A DNA stretch of 64,000 nucleotides from an uncultured Actinomycetota bacterium (GTDB taxonomy: Bacteria; Actinomycetota; Actinomycetes; JACCUZ01): the NCBI GenBank assembly GCA_963807005.1, contig CAWDZK010000006.1:558875-622874 (forward strand). Direction: 5' to 3'. Shown here piece after piece: positions 30,471-39,705 of this stretch. The notes beneath the pieces are model-generated. The model was not told the DNA's origin and ran no database searches. It saw nothing but the letters and a program-made list of their open reading frames with translations. Position 1 is the stretch's first letter. Each line of letters starts with the position of its first letter. Both the position numbers and the translations under genes were made by a program.

Positions 30471-31030
30471 GCAAGGGACTGACCGTCGGCGCCGTCCTGC
30501 CCGACTTCGTGCTGCCCGACGACCAGGGCGTCATGCACCGGCTGTCGGAGCTTCAGGGCGACGACGCACTGGTGCTCCAGCTCGGCCGGGGCGAGCACTG
30601 CCCGCGGGAGCGGCAGCACCACAAGGAGCTGCTGCGGCTGCAGGAGCTGGTGCCGGTCGCGTTCACCAGGCTGGTCACGATCCTGCCGAACGACCAGCAC
30701 GACACCAACAAGATGAAGATCGCGACCGGTGCGTGGTGGACCTTCCTGTGCGACAGCGACCTCACCGTGCAGAGCGCGCTCGAGATCGACGAGTACACCG
30801 ACGTGCACCACCCGGCCACCGTCCCTCACACCGTGGTGCTCGGTCCCGGCCTGGTCATCGACAAGGTGTACTGCGGCTACTGGTTCTGGGGCCGCCCGTC
30901 GGTCGACCAGCTGTGGGCCGACCTGCAGGACCTGTTCCGCCGGACCAAGGCCGACTTCGACCCGACGACCGCGGAAGCACGGGCGGCTTGGGAGGCGAGC
31001 CAGGTCGAGGCCGTTCCCGCCCAGCGGTAG
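30467..31030 (+). CDS. Thioredoxin-fold redoxin/peroxiredoxin-like protein (paralog of 37182..37688)
   Basis: MSKGLTVGAVLPDFVLPDDQGVMHRLSELQGDDALVLQLGRGEHCPRER...CGYWFWGRPS. The ATG overlaps the upstream stop. Confidence 0.65.
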   Translation: MSKGLTVGAVLPDFVLPDDQGVMHRLSELQGDDALVLQLGRGEHCPRERQHHKELLRLQELVPVAFTRLVTILPNDQHDTNKMKIATGAWWTFLCDSDLTVQSALEIDEYTDVHHPATVPHTVVLGPGLVIDKVYCGYWFWGRPSVDQLWADLQDLFRRTKADFDPTTAEARAAWEASQVEAVPAQR

Positions 31031-31083
31031 CTAGGCTGCTGCCCGTCGAGCAGTCCCCATCGGACGAGACGGAGGTGGCTGCC

Positions 31084-31464
31084 GTGAGCGGTCGCGTCGT
31101 GCATTTCGAGATCCCCGCCGACGACCCGGCTCGTGCCCACGAGTTCTACCGGTCCGCGTTCGGTTGGAGCATCGACTCGATGCCTGGCATGGAGTACGCG
31201 ATGGTGAGCACCACCCCCACCGACGAGCACGGGGCGCCGTCCGCTCCGGGGGCCATCAACGGCGGGATGCTCGCGCGGCAGGCACCGGTCACCAGCCCGG
31301 TCATCACCATCGAGGTCGACGACATCGACAAGGTGTTGGAGACGATCGGTTCCCTGGGTGGTTCGAGCCTCCGGGAGAAGCAGCCGGTGGGCGACATGGG
31401 CTTCGCGGCGTACTTCACCGACTCCGAAGGCAACGTCGTCGGCCTCTGGCAGAACGCCGGGTGA
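31084..31464 (+). CDS. VOC/glyoxalase-family protein
   Basis: GTG start with upstream GGAGGTGG. VSGRVVHFEIPADDPARAHEFYRSAFGWSI...AYFTDSEGNVVGLWQ. Confidence 0.8.
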   Translation: MSGRVVHFEIPADDPARAHEFYRSAFGWSIDSMPGMEYAMVSTTPTDEHGAPSAPGAINGGMLARQAPVTSPVITIEVDDIDKVLETIGSLGGSSLREKQPVGDMGFAAYFTDSEGNVVGLWQNAG

Positions 31465-31506
31465 GCTGTCTGTCCCGCCGCTGGGCGGTGGTCGGCTGTG
31501 GCCGGC
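31462..31506. repeat. 45-bp direct repeat copy 1 (TGAGCTGTCTGTCCCGCCGCTGGGCGGTGGTCGGCTGTGGCCGGC), abutting the VOC gene stop
   Basis: About 85% identical (one 3-nt indel) to copy 2 at 31681-31726. Copy 2 encodes the C-terminus of the DUF222/HNH gene. Confidence 0.7.
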
Positions 31507-31680
31507 GCCTGGACGAGCGCCGACGACGGCGCAACCCCGTCGCACGCCCGTTCCGGGCGCCGGTCCGCGCCGTTGTGCCGTCGTTCGTGTTCGCGCCGGT
31601 CGCCGCCGGTCAGCTGGACCTGCCGGATGCGCACAACCGGTAGGTGCGTCTCACCGGCACCGTAAAGGGGGACGGTGGCT

Positions 31681-31726
31681 GAGCTGTCAGTCCCGCGGGC
31701 GGGGCGGTGGTCGGCTGTGGCCGGCT
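31681..31726. repeat. 45-bp direct repeat copy 2 (TGAGCTGTCAGTCCCGCGGGCGGGGCGGTGGTCGGCTGTGGCCGGC), overlapping the 3' end of the DUF222/HNH gene
   Basis: Seen directly. On the minus strand it encodes ...SRAGHSRPPPRPRD*. Confidence 0.7.
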
Positions 31727-33015
31727 CGGGATGGCTCGGGGCCGAGCGTCTTGCCGGTTGCGGGATGCACGAGGCGGTAGCGGCCGTCGGGGAGTCGGTC
31801 GAGCTGCCAGTGGCCCTCGTGCAGCATCAGGTGGTGGGCCTCGCAGGGAAGGGCGCCGTTGGCGATCGTCGTCGGTCCGCCCACCTCGACCGGGACCAGG
31901 TGATGGCCGTCGGCCCAGGCAACCGGCCGGTCGCAGTGCGGGGCGCAGCAGATGTCGCCGTCGCGCGCGACGATGGCGCGGCGCTGGGCGGCGGTGAAGA
32001 ACCGGCGTTGGCTGCCGGCCTCGACCACGGTGCCGTCCGGGCCGAGCCTGACGAAGGTCGCGAGGCTGTCACAGCCGAGCCGACGGCCGGTCGAGGCCGT
32101 GATCCATCCGGCCCAGGTCAGCGTCCCGCCGGGTGATGCGGTGTCGGTCGAGGCGGCAGCCGGGGCCTGAGCCGGTGCCGCCGGTGCGGCGGCCAGACCG
32201 GCACCGTCCAGGGTGACGACCAGCTGGCTGCGGTGCCGGCCGGTCCGGCCCGCCGAGGCGGTGTCGGGGGAGTCGAGGCAGTGCCGGCAGATGTCGGCGA
32301 GCGCGTCCAGCCGCCGGCGAGCCGCTGTGCGCCCGTCGCCCCGGACGGGCGGGCCGGCTGCATGCACCGCGGCGGCGACGACAGCGGCGGTGCTCTCGTC
32401 CGCCGTTCCGGAGATCACGGTGACCCCGGTCAGCGTCGGACTCAGCGTGAGCCCCGCACGCTCGTAGCGCCGGACGGCGGCTGCGTCCGCCGCATCCGGG
32501 TCCAGTGCGTGCTGGAACGCGCGCATCAGGTCCGCGGTCGCGCGGACGTCGCCGTCTGTCGCGGTCTGGACAGCCTCCGCCTCGATCAAGGTGACGGCAC
32601 CAGCCGGGGCGTCGCGGGTCGCGTCAGCGATCACGGCGGCATGCGCACCGGTGATCGTCCCGGCGGTCAGTGCGGCGCTGGTGTTCGGAAGGGCCCCGGA
32701 CCGGAGGGCGCGCGCCGTCCTCACGGTCCGGGCCGCCTGGACCGGCGTGTGGTGGCTGACCGCACGCAGCCAGGCGCCCGCAGTGAGCGCACCGTCGAGG
32801 CAGTAGCTGCCGCGGGCGTCGACTTCGCCCACCGTGGTCAGGAGCAGCGCGTCACAGCGGGCCCTCGCCCGGTTCAGGCCGGACACCAGGGCGGCGAGCT
32901 GGTCGTGCGAGACGTCGCCCGCACCACGCTCCAGCTCGCGCTGCAGCCCGGTGAGGGCGCGGTCGACGGCCACCCGAGCCGCCTCGAGGCCACCGACCGC
33001 TGCTGTCGAACACAT
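31687..33015 (-). CDS. DUF222 + HNH endonuclease domain protein (REP13E12-like family)
   Basis: N-terminal DUF222-like region. C-terminal HNH: ...AQRRAIVARDGDICCAPHCDRPVAWADGHHLVPVEVGGPTTIANGALPCEAHHLMLHEGHW. An AT-richer putative promoter region lies at 33016-33145. Confidence 0.85.
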   Translation of the reverse strand: MCSTAAVGGLEAARVAVDRALTGLQRELERGAGDVSHDQLAALVSGLNRARARCDALLLTTVGEVDARGSYCLDGALTAGAWLRAVSHHTPVQAARTVRTARALRSGALPNTSAALTAGTITGAHAAVIADATRDAPAGAVTLIEAEAVQTATDGDVRATADLMRAFQHALDPDAADAAAVRRYERAGLTLSPTLTGVTVISGTADESTAAVVAAAVHAAGPPVRGDGRTAARRRLDALADICRHCLDSPDTASAGRTGRHRSQLVVTLDGAGLAAAPAAPAQAPAAASTDTASPGGTLTWAGWITASTGRRLGCDSLATFVRLGPDGTVVEAGSQRRFFTAAQRRAIVARDGDICCAPHCDRPVAWADGHHLVPVEVGGPTTIANGALPCEAHHLMLHEGHWQLDRLPDGRYRLVHPATGKTLGPEPSRAGHSRPPPRPRD

Positions 33016-33145
33016 GTTCGAATCTCACCGCACCACGACGGGTTGGAGAAAGGCGAAAACCGTTGGTGGACAATGGATTTTCGTCATCCACAGCGTTGGC
33101 GTCGACAGGTCGTCTGCACCGCCGCTCGCAGGGCGCTGGCGTCGC

Positions 33146-34378
33146 TCACATGGTGACGGAGGTGCTTGCCTGCCGGGGCTGCGGCACCTCGGCGTCGCCC
33201 GGCTCGACCGGCTCCCGCAGCAGGCCGAGCGCCACCAGCGGGAACAGCAGCACGGACAGCAGACCGGCGGTGACCATCGCCGCGCCGGTGACCGGTGAGA
33301 TGCGTTCCAGCTCGATGCCGATCTGCACGGCAGCCACGATGAACGGCAGCGACGTCGCCTGAAGCAGCGCCACCGCCGCTGTCGGGCGGCCGCCGAGGGC
33401 GCGCAGCTGCAGCAGCGCCGGGAGCCCGCGCATCACCAGCAGGGCGAGCAGGAAGACCGGCACCCGGAGCAGGGCCGAAGGCTGGTCGAACAGCCCCTGC
33501 AGGTCCAGCCGGGCGCCGCTGCTCACGAAGAACACCGGGATCAGGAAGCCGAACCCGATCGCCTCCAGCTTGGTGCGGAACGCCGGGTGGCTGGACGAGT
33601 CGCGATCGACGACCCCGATCACCACTCCCGCCAGGAACGCACCCAGGATGCTCTCCAGACCGACCCGCTCGGCCAGCGCGGTGAAGGCGACCAGCAGGAC
33701 GACGGCGAACCGGACCCGGATCTCGGCAGTGGTGTCCTGCAGCCGGACCAGGACGTCGCCGAGTCGCATGGCCCGGCCCGCGCGCGACACGACGACACCG
33801 GTCACGACGACCAGCAGGACGAACAGGGCCAGCAGCGTGACGCGGCTCCCGGCGCCACCGTCGGAGGCCGAGAAGAGCAGCGACAGCAGGACGATCGCGG
33901 CGAAGTCGGCGACGGTCGCGGCCAGGATCGCGGTCTGCGCGACCCGGCCGTCGGCCTGGCCGGAGTCCTTGAGCACCGGCACGACCAGCCCGAGCGAGGT
34001 CGCGGACAGCGCGATGACGACCAGGACCGGGCTGCGCACCCACCCGGCTGCGTCCAGCGCCAGGCCCACGGGAACGCCCAGGGCCAGTGTGACGACGTAG
34101 CCCAGCACGGCGCCGCGCAGCAGTGCCCCCTTGAGCCGGCGTACGTCGATCTCCAGCCCGGAGAGGAAGAGCAGGAAGGCCAGGCCGATCAGGCTGAGGA
34201 TCTGCACCGGGAGGTCCACCTCGACCCAGCCGAGGACGGCCGGCCCGAGGATGATGCCGGCGACCAGCTCCAGCACCACCGAGGGGAGCCGCACGCGCGG
34301 CGCGAAGCCGAGGGCCAGCGGGGCGAGGGCGCCGACGAGGGCTACGAGGAACAGGTTGTCGAACGACACGTCAGGCAC
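33146..34378 (-). CDS. Cation:proton antiporter (CPA1/CPA2-type Na+/H+ or K+/H+ exchanger)
   Basis: GTG start with AGGAGA RBS. VPDVSFDNLFLVALVGALAPLALGF...ELVAGIILGPAVLGWV...LFLSGLEID..., 11-13 TM helices. Confidence 0.85.
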   Translation of the reverse strand: MPDVSFDNLFLVALVGALAPLALGFAPRVRLPSVVLELVAGIILGPAVLGWVEVDLPVQILSLIGLAFLLFLSGLEIDVRRLKGALLRGAVLGYVVTLALGVPVGLALDAAGWVRSPVLVVIALSATSLGLVVPVLKDSGQADGRVAQTAILAATVADFAAIVLLSLLFSASDGGAGSRVTLLALFVLLVVVTGVVVSRAGRAMRLGDVLVRLQDTTAEIRVRFAVVLLVAFTALAERVGLESILGAFLAGVVIGVVDRDSSSHPAFRTKLEAIGFGFLIPVFFVSSGARLDLQGLFDQPSALLRVPVFLLALLVMRGLPALLQLRALGGRPTAAVALLQATSLPFIVAAVQIGIELERISPVTGAAMVTAGLLSVLLFPLVALGLLREPVEPGDAEVPQPRQASTSVTM

Positions 34379-34389
34379 GTCAGGTCTCC

Positions 34390-35778
34390 TCAGAGTCCGT
34401 AGGTCTCCAGGAGGCGCAGCCACACCTCGCTGATCGTGGGGAAGGCGGGGACCGCATGCCAGAGCCGGTCGAGCGGCAGCTCGCCGGCGATGGCGACGGT
34501 CGCCGAGTGGAGCAGCTCCTGCACGCCAGGGCCGGTGAAGGTGGCGCCGACCACGACGCCTCGCGCCTGGTCGACGACCAGCTTGCTGGTGCCCCGGACG
34601 CCGTTGCCGGAGGTGTATGCGCCCGCGACGTCGCCCGTCCCGTACGTGACGGCCCGCACGGCCAGCCCGCGTGCCGTCGCCTCCGCCTGGGTCAGCCCGA
34701 CTGCGCACACCTGCGGGTCGGTGAACGTCACCCGGGGCACGACGTCGCGGCTGGCGAGGTCCCGGACGTCCTTGCCCAGGATGACGTCGCCGGCGATCCG
34801 GGCCTGGTACTTGCCCATGTGGGTGAGGGGCGCAAGTCCGTTGACGTCGCCCACCGCGTACAGCCAGTCGCCCTCGACGCCGACGGCGTGCAGCCGGTCG
34901 TCGACAGCGACCGGCGCGCCGGGTTCCAGTCCCACCGTCTCCAGACCGAGATGGTCGGTGGCGGCGCGACGCCCGGCAGCGACCAGCAGCTCGTCGCCGA
35001 CGACCGCGGTGCCGTCGGCGAGCTCGACCGTCACCGGGCCGTCGGGCTGGACCCGGTGCACCGCCACCAGCCGTGCCGCGACCATGACGGCGACGCCCTC
35101 GTCCTCGAGCGCTGCCTTCACCTCGTCGCCGGCGAACGGCTCCTCGCGCGGCAGCAGCCGGGGACCGACCTCCAGGACCGTGACCTCCTCCGAGCCGAGG
35201 CGCCGGAACGCCTGGGCCAGCTCCACCCCGACGGCTCCGCCGCCCAGGACCACCAGTCGCCGAGGCGCCGACTTGGCAGCGGTGGCGTCGCGGTTGTCCC
35301 ACGGACGTGCGTCGGCCAGGCCGGGGAGCGCTGGCAGACGTGACCGGGTCCCCGTCGCGAGCACCACCGCTCGTCGCGCGCGCACCTCGCTGGTCGTGCC
35401 CGCCGTCGTGACCGCCACCGTGCGGGCGCCGGACAGCCGGCCGTCGCCGCGCAGCAGGGCGATGTCGTTCTCCGCCAGCCACGGCAGCGCCCCGGCGTCG
35501 GACCAGCCGCTGGTCATGTAGTCGCGTTGGGCGAGCGCTGCAGCCACGTCGACGGGACGGGTGACGGCCTCGGCTGCGCCCGGCACCCGCCGGGCCGCGG
35601 CCAGGACGTCGCCCGGCCGGATCAGCGTCTTGCTCGGGATGCATCCCCAGTAGCTGCACTCCCCGCCGACCAGCTCACGCTCGACCAGGGCCACCGACAG
35701 CCCGCCCGCGGCGCAACGGCCGGCGGCGTTCTCGCCAGCGGGGCCGCCACCGATCACCACGACGTCGTACTCGTCCAT
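34390..35778 (-). CDS. Pyridine nucleotide-disulfide oxidoreductase (Lpd/LpdA-like FAD/NAD(P) flavoprotein)
   Basis: MDEYDVVVIGGGPAGENAAGRCAAGGLSVALVERELVGGECSYWGCIPSK (FAD-binding and redox CxxxxC) ... second Rossmann LVVLGGGAVGVELAQ ... dimerisation domain. Confidence 0.85.
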   Translation of the reverse strand: MDEYDVVVIGGGPAGENAAGRCAAGGLSVALVERELVGGECSYWGCIPSKTLIRPGDVLAAARRVPGAAEAVTRPVDVAAALAQRDYMTSGWSDAGALPWLAENDIALLRGDGRLSGARTVAVTTAGTTSEVRARRAVVLATGTRSRLPALPGLADARPWDNRDATAAKSAPRRLVVLGGGAVGVELAQAFRRLGSEEVTVLEVGPRLLPREEPFAGDEVKAALEDEGVAVMVAARLVAVHRVQPDGPVTVELADGTAVVGDELLVAAGRRAATDHLGLETVGLEPGAPVAVDDRLHAVGVEGDWLYAVGDVNGLAPLTHMGKYQARIAGDVILGKDVRDLASRDVVPRVTFTDPQVCAVGLTQAEATARGLAVRAVTYGTGDVAGAYTSGNGVRGTSKLVVDQARGVVVGATFTGPGVQELLHSATVAIAGELPLDRLWHAVPAFPTISEVWLRLLETYGL

Positions 35779-35808
35779 CTGCGCTCCGTCCCGGCGGCCG
35801 CAGATCCG

Positions 35809-36666
35809 TTACGCGCGGACGGCGGCGAGGGTCGCGACCCCTGCGGCCACCACTGCGACGCCGGACACCTGGAGCCGAGTCAGCCGTTCGCGGAACAGCA
35901 GATAGGCCGCGACCGCTGCGATCCCGGCGAACTGGGAGGCCAGCACCGCCGCCACGGCCAGACCGTGCCGGGCGCCCTGGGCGAACGCGGCAAAGCCGAG
36001 GACCTCGCACAGCCCCCCGACGGCCACCAGTGGCGCCGCTCGCCGGGTCAGCTGGAGCCGGCCGCTGGCGGCCAACGGCAGTGCGATGGCCGTGACACCG
36101 ATCAGCCTGGCCGGCAGGAGGACCCAGGCGACGGGCAGGTCAGCGCTGGCCCGGCTGGTCGCGTAGAGGCTGGCCCCGAACGAGACCGCGGCGACGCACG
36201 CCAGCAGCACGGGCGGGGTGCCGAGCCCGGACGTGCGACCGGCGGTGGCCGGGGCGTCGGACGTGGGCCCGGACGCGGCGAGGGCCACCCCGACGACGAT
36301 GACCGGGAGCAGCCAGGCCGCGGCGACCTCCAGCCGTTCGCCGCTGGCCACCGACGCCACCGCGGCGATCGCTCCCTCGGTCGACAGCACCGGCGCGACG
36401 ACCCCCACCTTGCCGCGTCGGAGGGCCGAGTAGGCCAGCAGGAGCCCGACGACGTTGCCGCCGCCGGCAAGGAGCAGCCAGCCGAGCTGCTCGGAGCGGA
36501 GGGACGGGACGTCGACCATGACGAGTGCGGGCAGCAGTGCCACCAACCCGGTCACCATCACCCACGCCAGGACCGAGGTGGGCGGCACGAGGCGCGACGA
36601 CCGGGAGGAGCACAGCGTGGCCGTGGCGAAGAGCGCCGCGGCCGCGAGTCCACCCAGGAGTGCCAA
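35809..36666 (-). CDS. EamA/DMT-superfamily transporter
   Basis: Ten TM-like hydrophobic segments in two EamA-like halves. Confidence 0.7.
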   Translation of the reverse strand: MALLGGLAAAALFATATLCSSRSSRLVPPTSVLAWVMVTGLVALLPALVMVDVPSLRSEQLGWLLLAGGGNVVGLLLAYSALRRGKVGVVAPVLSTEGAIAAVASVASGERLEVAAAWLLPVIVVGVALAASGPTSDAPATAGRTSGLGTPPVLLACVAAVSFGASLYATSRASADLPVAWVLLPARLIGVTAIALPLAASGRLQLTRRAAPLVAVGGLCEVLGFAAFAQGARHGLAVAAVLASQFAGIAAVAAYLLFRERLTRLQVSGVAVVAAGVATLAAVRA

Positions 36667-36675
36667 GGGTGACCG

Positions 36676-37185
36676 TCAGAATCCCGCCGCGGGCCACGGC
36701 TGCCCGCTGTACCGCTGGATCACCGGGCCCGGCACCGGCGCGGCCCGCCCGAACAGGCCCCGCGCCACGTGCAGGACCGCCGGTCGGCCGAGTCGGGCGA
36801 ACGGGTCGTCACGCAGCGACCAGTGGCGCTCCCGGCGCACGGTGAGCGCACCGGCGAAGTGCGACGAGTCGCGCACGAACGTGCTGACGGCGTCGGGCGG
36901 CAGGTCCGACAGCACGGCCCGCAGCGCCCCGGACACCGCGGGGTCGTCGAACAGCGGCGACCGGTCCCGGGGAAGCAGCAGCAGCGACACCCAGGCCTCC
37001 TCGCCGTCGGCGTCGACCAGCTTCTCGTCCATCCGGACGGCGCCGGCCACCGGCTTGCGGCCGGCCGGCCACGCCGCGAGCAACCCGGCCGGGTCGCCGG
37101 TCACGGTGGTCGCCGGCGCGGCGGCCAGGGCGTCGCGGCCGACGTCGTCCGGCCCGTCGACGCGGGCGAACCAGCACCAGCTCAT
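36676..37185 (-). CDS. Hypothetical protein
   Basis: ORF translationally coupled (4-nt overlap) to the upstream redoxin-like gene. No recognised family. Confidence 0.4.
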   Translation of the reverse strand: MSWCWFARVDGPDDVGRDALAAAPATTVTGDPAGLLAAWPAGRKPVAGAVRMDEKLVDADGEEAWVSLLLLPRDRSPLFDDPAVSGALRAVLSDLPPDAVSTFVRDSSHFAGALTVRRERHWSLRDDPFARLGRPAVLHVARGLFGRAAPVPGPVIQRYSGQPWPAAGF

Positions 37186-37688
37186 GCCGGCACCTCCCAG
37201 TCCGGACGCAGGTCGGCTGTGACCCCCCGCAGGTCGCGACGGAGGTCCTCCGCGGTGGGCCGGCCCCAGAACCAGTACCCGTTGTACACCGTGTGGATGG
37301 TGAGGTCAGGGTGCAGCGTGAAGGCGGTGGGTACGTACGGCCGGTAGACCGTGTCCGTCGTCTCGCGCAGACCGAGGTCCTCGATGTACCGCCGCTCGTG
37401 GTCGGACAGGAAGGTCCAGCGGGCGCCCAGCCCCGCCCGGAAGGCTGACTGCTCGGTGGGGGTGTCGATGCTCACCGACACCAGCCGCGTGTACGCGACC
37501 TCGACCTCCTCCTGGAAGCGCACCAGCCCGCGGAAGAAGGCCTGCTCCTTCGGGCACCACCAGCCCCGGAAGAAGGTGAGGACGAGGGGATCGCCCTCAG
37601 CCAGCTCGGTCAGCGTCCGGACCACCCCGGAGTGGTCGGGTAGCTCGAGGTCGGGGAACGTCTTGCCGGGGACGAGGTCAGGGTGCAT
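37182..37688 (-). CDS. Thioredoxin-fold redoxin/peroxiredoxin-like protein (paralog of 30467..31030)
   Basis: MHPDLVPGKTFPDLELPDHSGVVRTLTELAEGDPLVLTFFRGWWCPKEQ...YNGYWFWGRPT shares the single-Cys WCP/CP motif and GYWFWGRP C-terminus with the 30467 gene. Confidence 0.65.
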   Translation of the reverse strand: MHPDLVPGKTFPDLELPDHSGVVRTLTELAEGDPLVLTFFRGWWCPKEQAFFRGLVRFQEEVEVAYTRLVSVSIDTPTEQSAFRAGLGARWTFLSDHERRYIEDLGLRETTDTVYRPYVPTAFTLHPDLTIHTVYNGYWFWGRPTAEDLRRDLRGVTADLRPDWEVPA

Positions 37689-37795
37689 GCCCGAGCCGTC
37701 TTGCCGCCGAGCGCCGCGTTACGCGTAACGGCAGGTGCGGCTCGCGGACTGACCGACGTACCGTCGAAGCATCCGGACCGAGTGGGGAGCCCGAC

Positions 37796-39625
37796 ATGTC
37801 GAGAACACCCATCGCTGACCACGCCCTGCTCTCCGACCGACACTCCAGCGCGCTGGTGGACACCGCCGGCTCGGTCGAGTGGCTCTCGTTCCCACGGTTC
37901 GACAGCCCGTCGGTGTTCGGCCGGCTGCTCGGCGAGGCTGCCGGGCACTGGCAGGTGCGCCCGACCGGCACGTGGGCCAGCAGCCGCCGCTACCTCGATC
38001 GCAGCCTCGTGCTGGAGACGACGTTCACGGCCGGCGCCGGCACCCTCGTGGTCACCGACCTGCTGGCGATGGGCGAGGACAACGGCGGGCACCGGCTCGG
38101 CACGCACGTCCCGCACCTGCTCGTCCGCCGCCTCGAGTGCACTGCCGGGAGCGTCGAGGTCCAGGTCGACTACGCGCCACGGCCCGAGTACGGGCTGGTC
38201 GTGCCGCTGCTCGCTGACGTCGAGGGCGGGGTGACGGCGCGTGGCGGTGCGGAATGGCTGGTGCTCACCTCCCCGATCGCCCTTGACCTGGCCGACGGCA
38301 GCGGACGCGGACGGCGGACCCTGACGGCCGGCGAGACCGTTCACCTGGCGCTGCACCGGTCGACGCTGGAGGAGACCCCGGCCCGGGTCTGGACGCAGGA
38401 CGAGCTCGCCGCGGTGGTGGACCGCACGGTGGGCGCATGGGTGTCGTGGTCCGAGATGCACCAGACGTACGACGGCCCGTGGGCCGACCTGGTGCACCTG
38501 AGCGGGCGGGTGCTGCAGGCGCTGTCGTTCCAGCCGAGTGGAGCCATCGTCGCCGCAGCGACCACGTCGCTCCCCGAGGGCGTCGGCGGGGAGCGCAACT
38601 GGGACTACCGCTACTCCTGGGTGCGTGACGCCAGCTTCACGATGGAGGCGCTCTGGGTGGCGGCGTGCCCCGACGAGGCGGACGACTTCTTCGCGTTCAT
38701 GACCACCGCCGCCGCCTCGTCGATCGGCCCGGGCCGTTCACTGCAGATCATGTTCGGCATCGGCGGGGAGCACGACCTGAGCGAGCGCGAGCTGCCCCAT
38801 CTCGAGGGCTGGTGCGACAGCCGCCCGGTCCGGGTGGGCAACGGTGCCTGGGACCAGGCGCAGATCGATGTGTACGGCGAGCTCCTCGGTGCCGCGCATC
38901 GGCTGGCCGACCAGCTCGGCGGGATCGACGGGCAGACCAAGGCGTTCCTGGCTGCGTGCGCCGACACCGCCGCCGAGCGGTGGCGGGAGAAGGACCAGGG
39001 CATCTGGGAGGTCCGGGGCGCCCCGCAGCACTTCCTCTACTCGAAGGTGATGTGCTGGGTGGCGCTGGACCGCGCCATCGCCCTGGCGCCCGTCCTCGAC
39101 GCGCAGGACCGGGTGCCGGCCTGGGAGTCGGCCCGGGACGAGATCTTCCGCACCGTCGTCGAGGACGGCTGGAGTGACGACGCCAAGGCCTTCACCCAGT
39201 ACGTCGGTTCCGACCAGCTGGACGCGTCGAACCTCATGATGGCCATCGTCGGGTTCCTGCCGGCCGACGACCCGCGCATCCTGGCGACGATCGACGCCAC
39301 CGAGCAGCGGCTCACCGACGACCGGGGACTGGTCTACCGCTATCGCACCGAGGGGGGCGTGGACGGTCTGGCGGGGGAGGAGGGCACCTTCCTGCTCTGC
39401 ACCTTCTGGCTCGCCCAGGCGCTGGCGCTCACCGGACAGGTGGATCGGGCGACCCGGGTCTTCGAGCGCGCCGTCGCGTTCGCCAACGACGTCGGCCTGC
39501 TCGCCGAGGAGGTGGACCCTGCCACCGGAGCGCTTCTGGGCAACTTCCCCCAGGCGTTCAGCCACATCGGGCTGGTCAACGCTGCGTGGGCCATCAGTGA
39601 GGCGGGCCGCCGGGCGTCCGCGTAA
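37796..39625 (+). CDS. Glycoside hydrolase family 15 (glucoamylase/actinobacterial trehalase-type)
   Basis: MSRTPIADHALLSDRHSSALVDTAGSVEWLSFPRFDSPSVFGRLL... NWDYRYSWVRDASFT... EEGTFLLCTFWLAQALALTG, with the GH15 catalytic (alpha/alpha)6 signature. Confidence 0.9.
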   Translation: MSRTPIADHALLSDRHSSALVDTAGSVEWLSFPRFDSPSVFGRLLGEAAGHWQVRPTGTWASSRRYLDRSLVLETTFTAGAGTLVVTDLLAMGEDNGGHRLGTHVPHLLVRRLECTAGSVEVQVDYAPRPEYGLVVPLLADVEGGVTARGGAEWLVLTSPIALDLADGSGRGRRTLTAGETVHLALHRSTLEETPARVWTQDELAAVVDRTVGAWVSWSEMHQTYDGPWADLVHLSGRVLQALSFQPSGAIVAAATTSLPEGVGGERNWDYRYSWVRDASFTMEALWVAACPDEADDFFAFMTTAAASSIGPGRSLQIMFGIGGEHDLSERELPHLEGWCDSRPVRVGNGAWDQAQIDVYGELLGAAHRLADQLGGIDGQTKAFLAACADTAAERWREKDQGIWEVRGAPQHFLYSKVMCWVALDRAIALAPVLDAQDRVPAWESARDEIFRTVVEDGWSDDAKAFTQYVGSDQLDASNLMMAIVGFLPADDPRILATIDATEQRLTDDRGLVYRYRTEGGVDGLAGEEGTFLLCTFWLAQALALTGQVDRATRVFERAVAFANDVGLLAEEVDPATGALLGNFPQAFSHIGLVNAAWAISEAGRRASA

Positions 39626-39705
39626 CGCTGCCGGCGCTGCGAGGACGGTTGCCTGCACGCCTGGCGGGACTACGCTCCGGCCTGGAGCAGAGCGGAGGCG
39701 GTTCG

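Noticed and set aside
31146-31634. 162-aa minus-strand ORF spanning the VOC gene and repeat copy 1; considered as a remnant HNH C-terminus
   Set aside because: Only the 45-bp repeat is clearly shared. Protein-level similarity to the HNH C-terminus is too weak to call a gene fragment.
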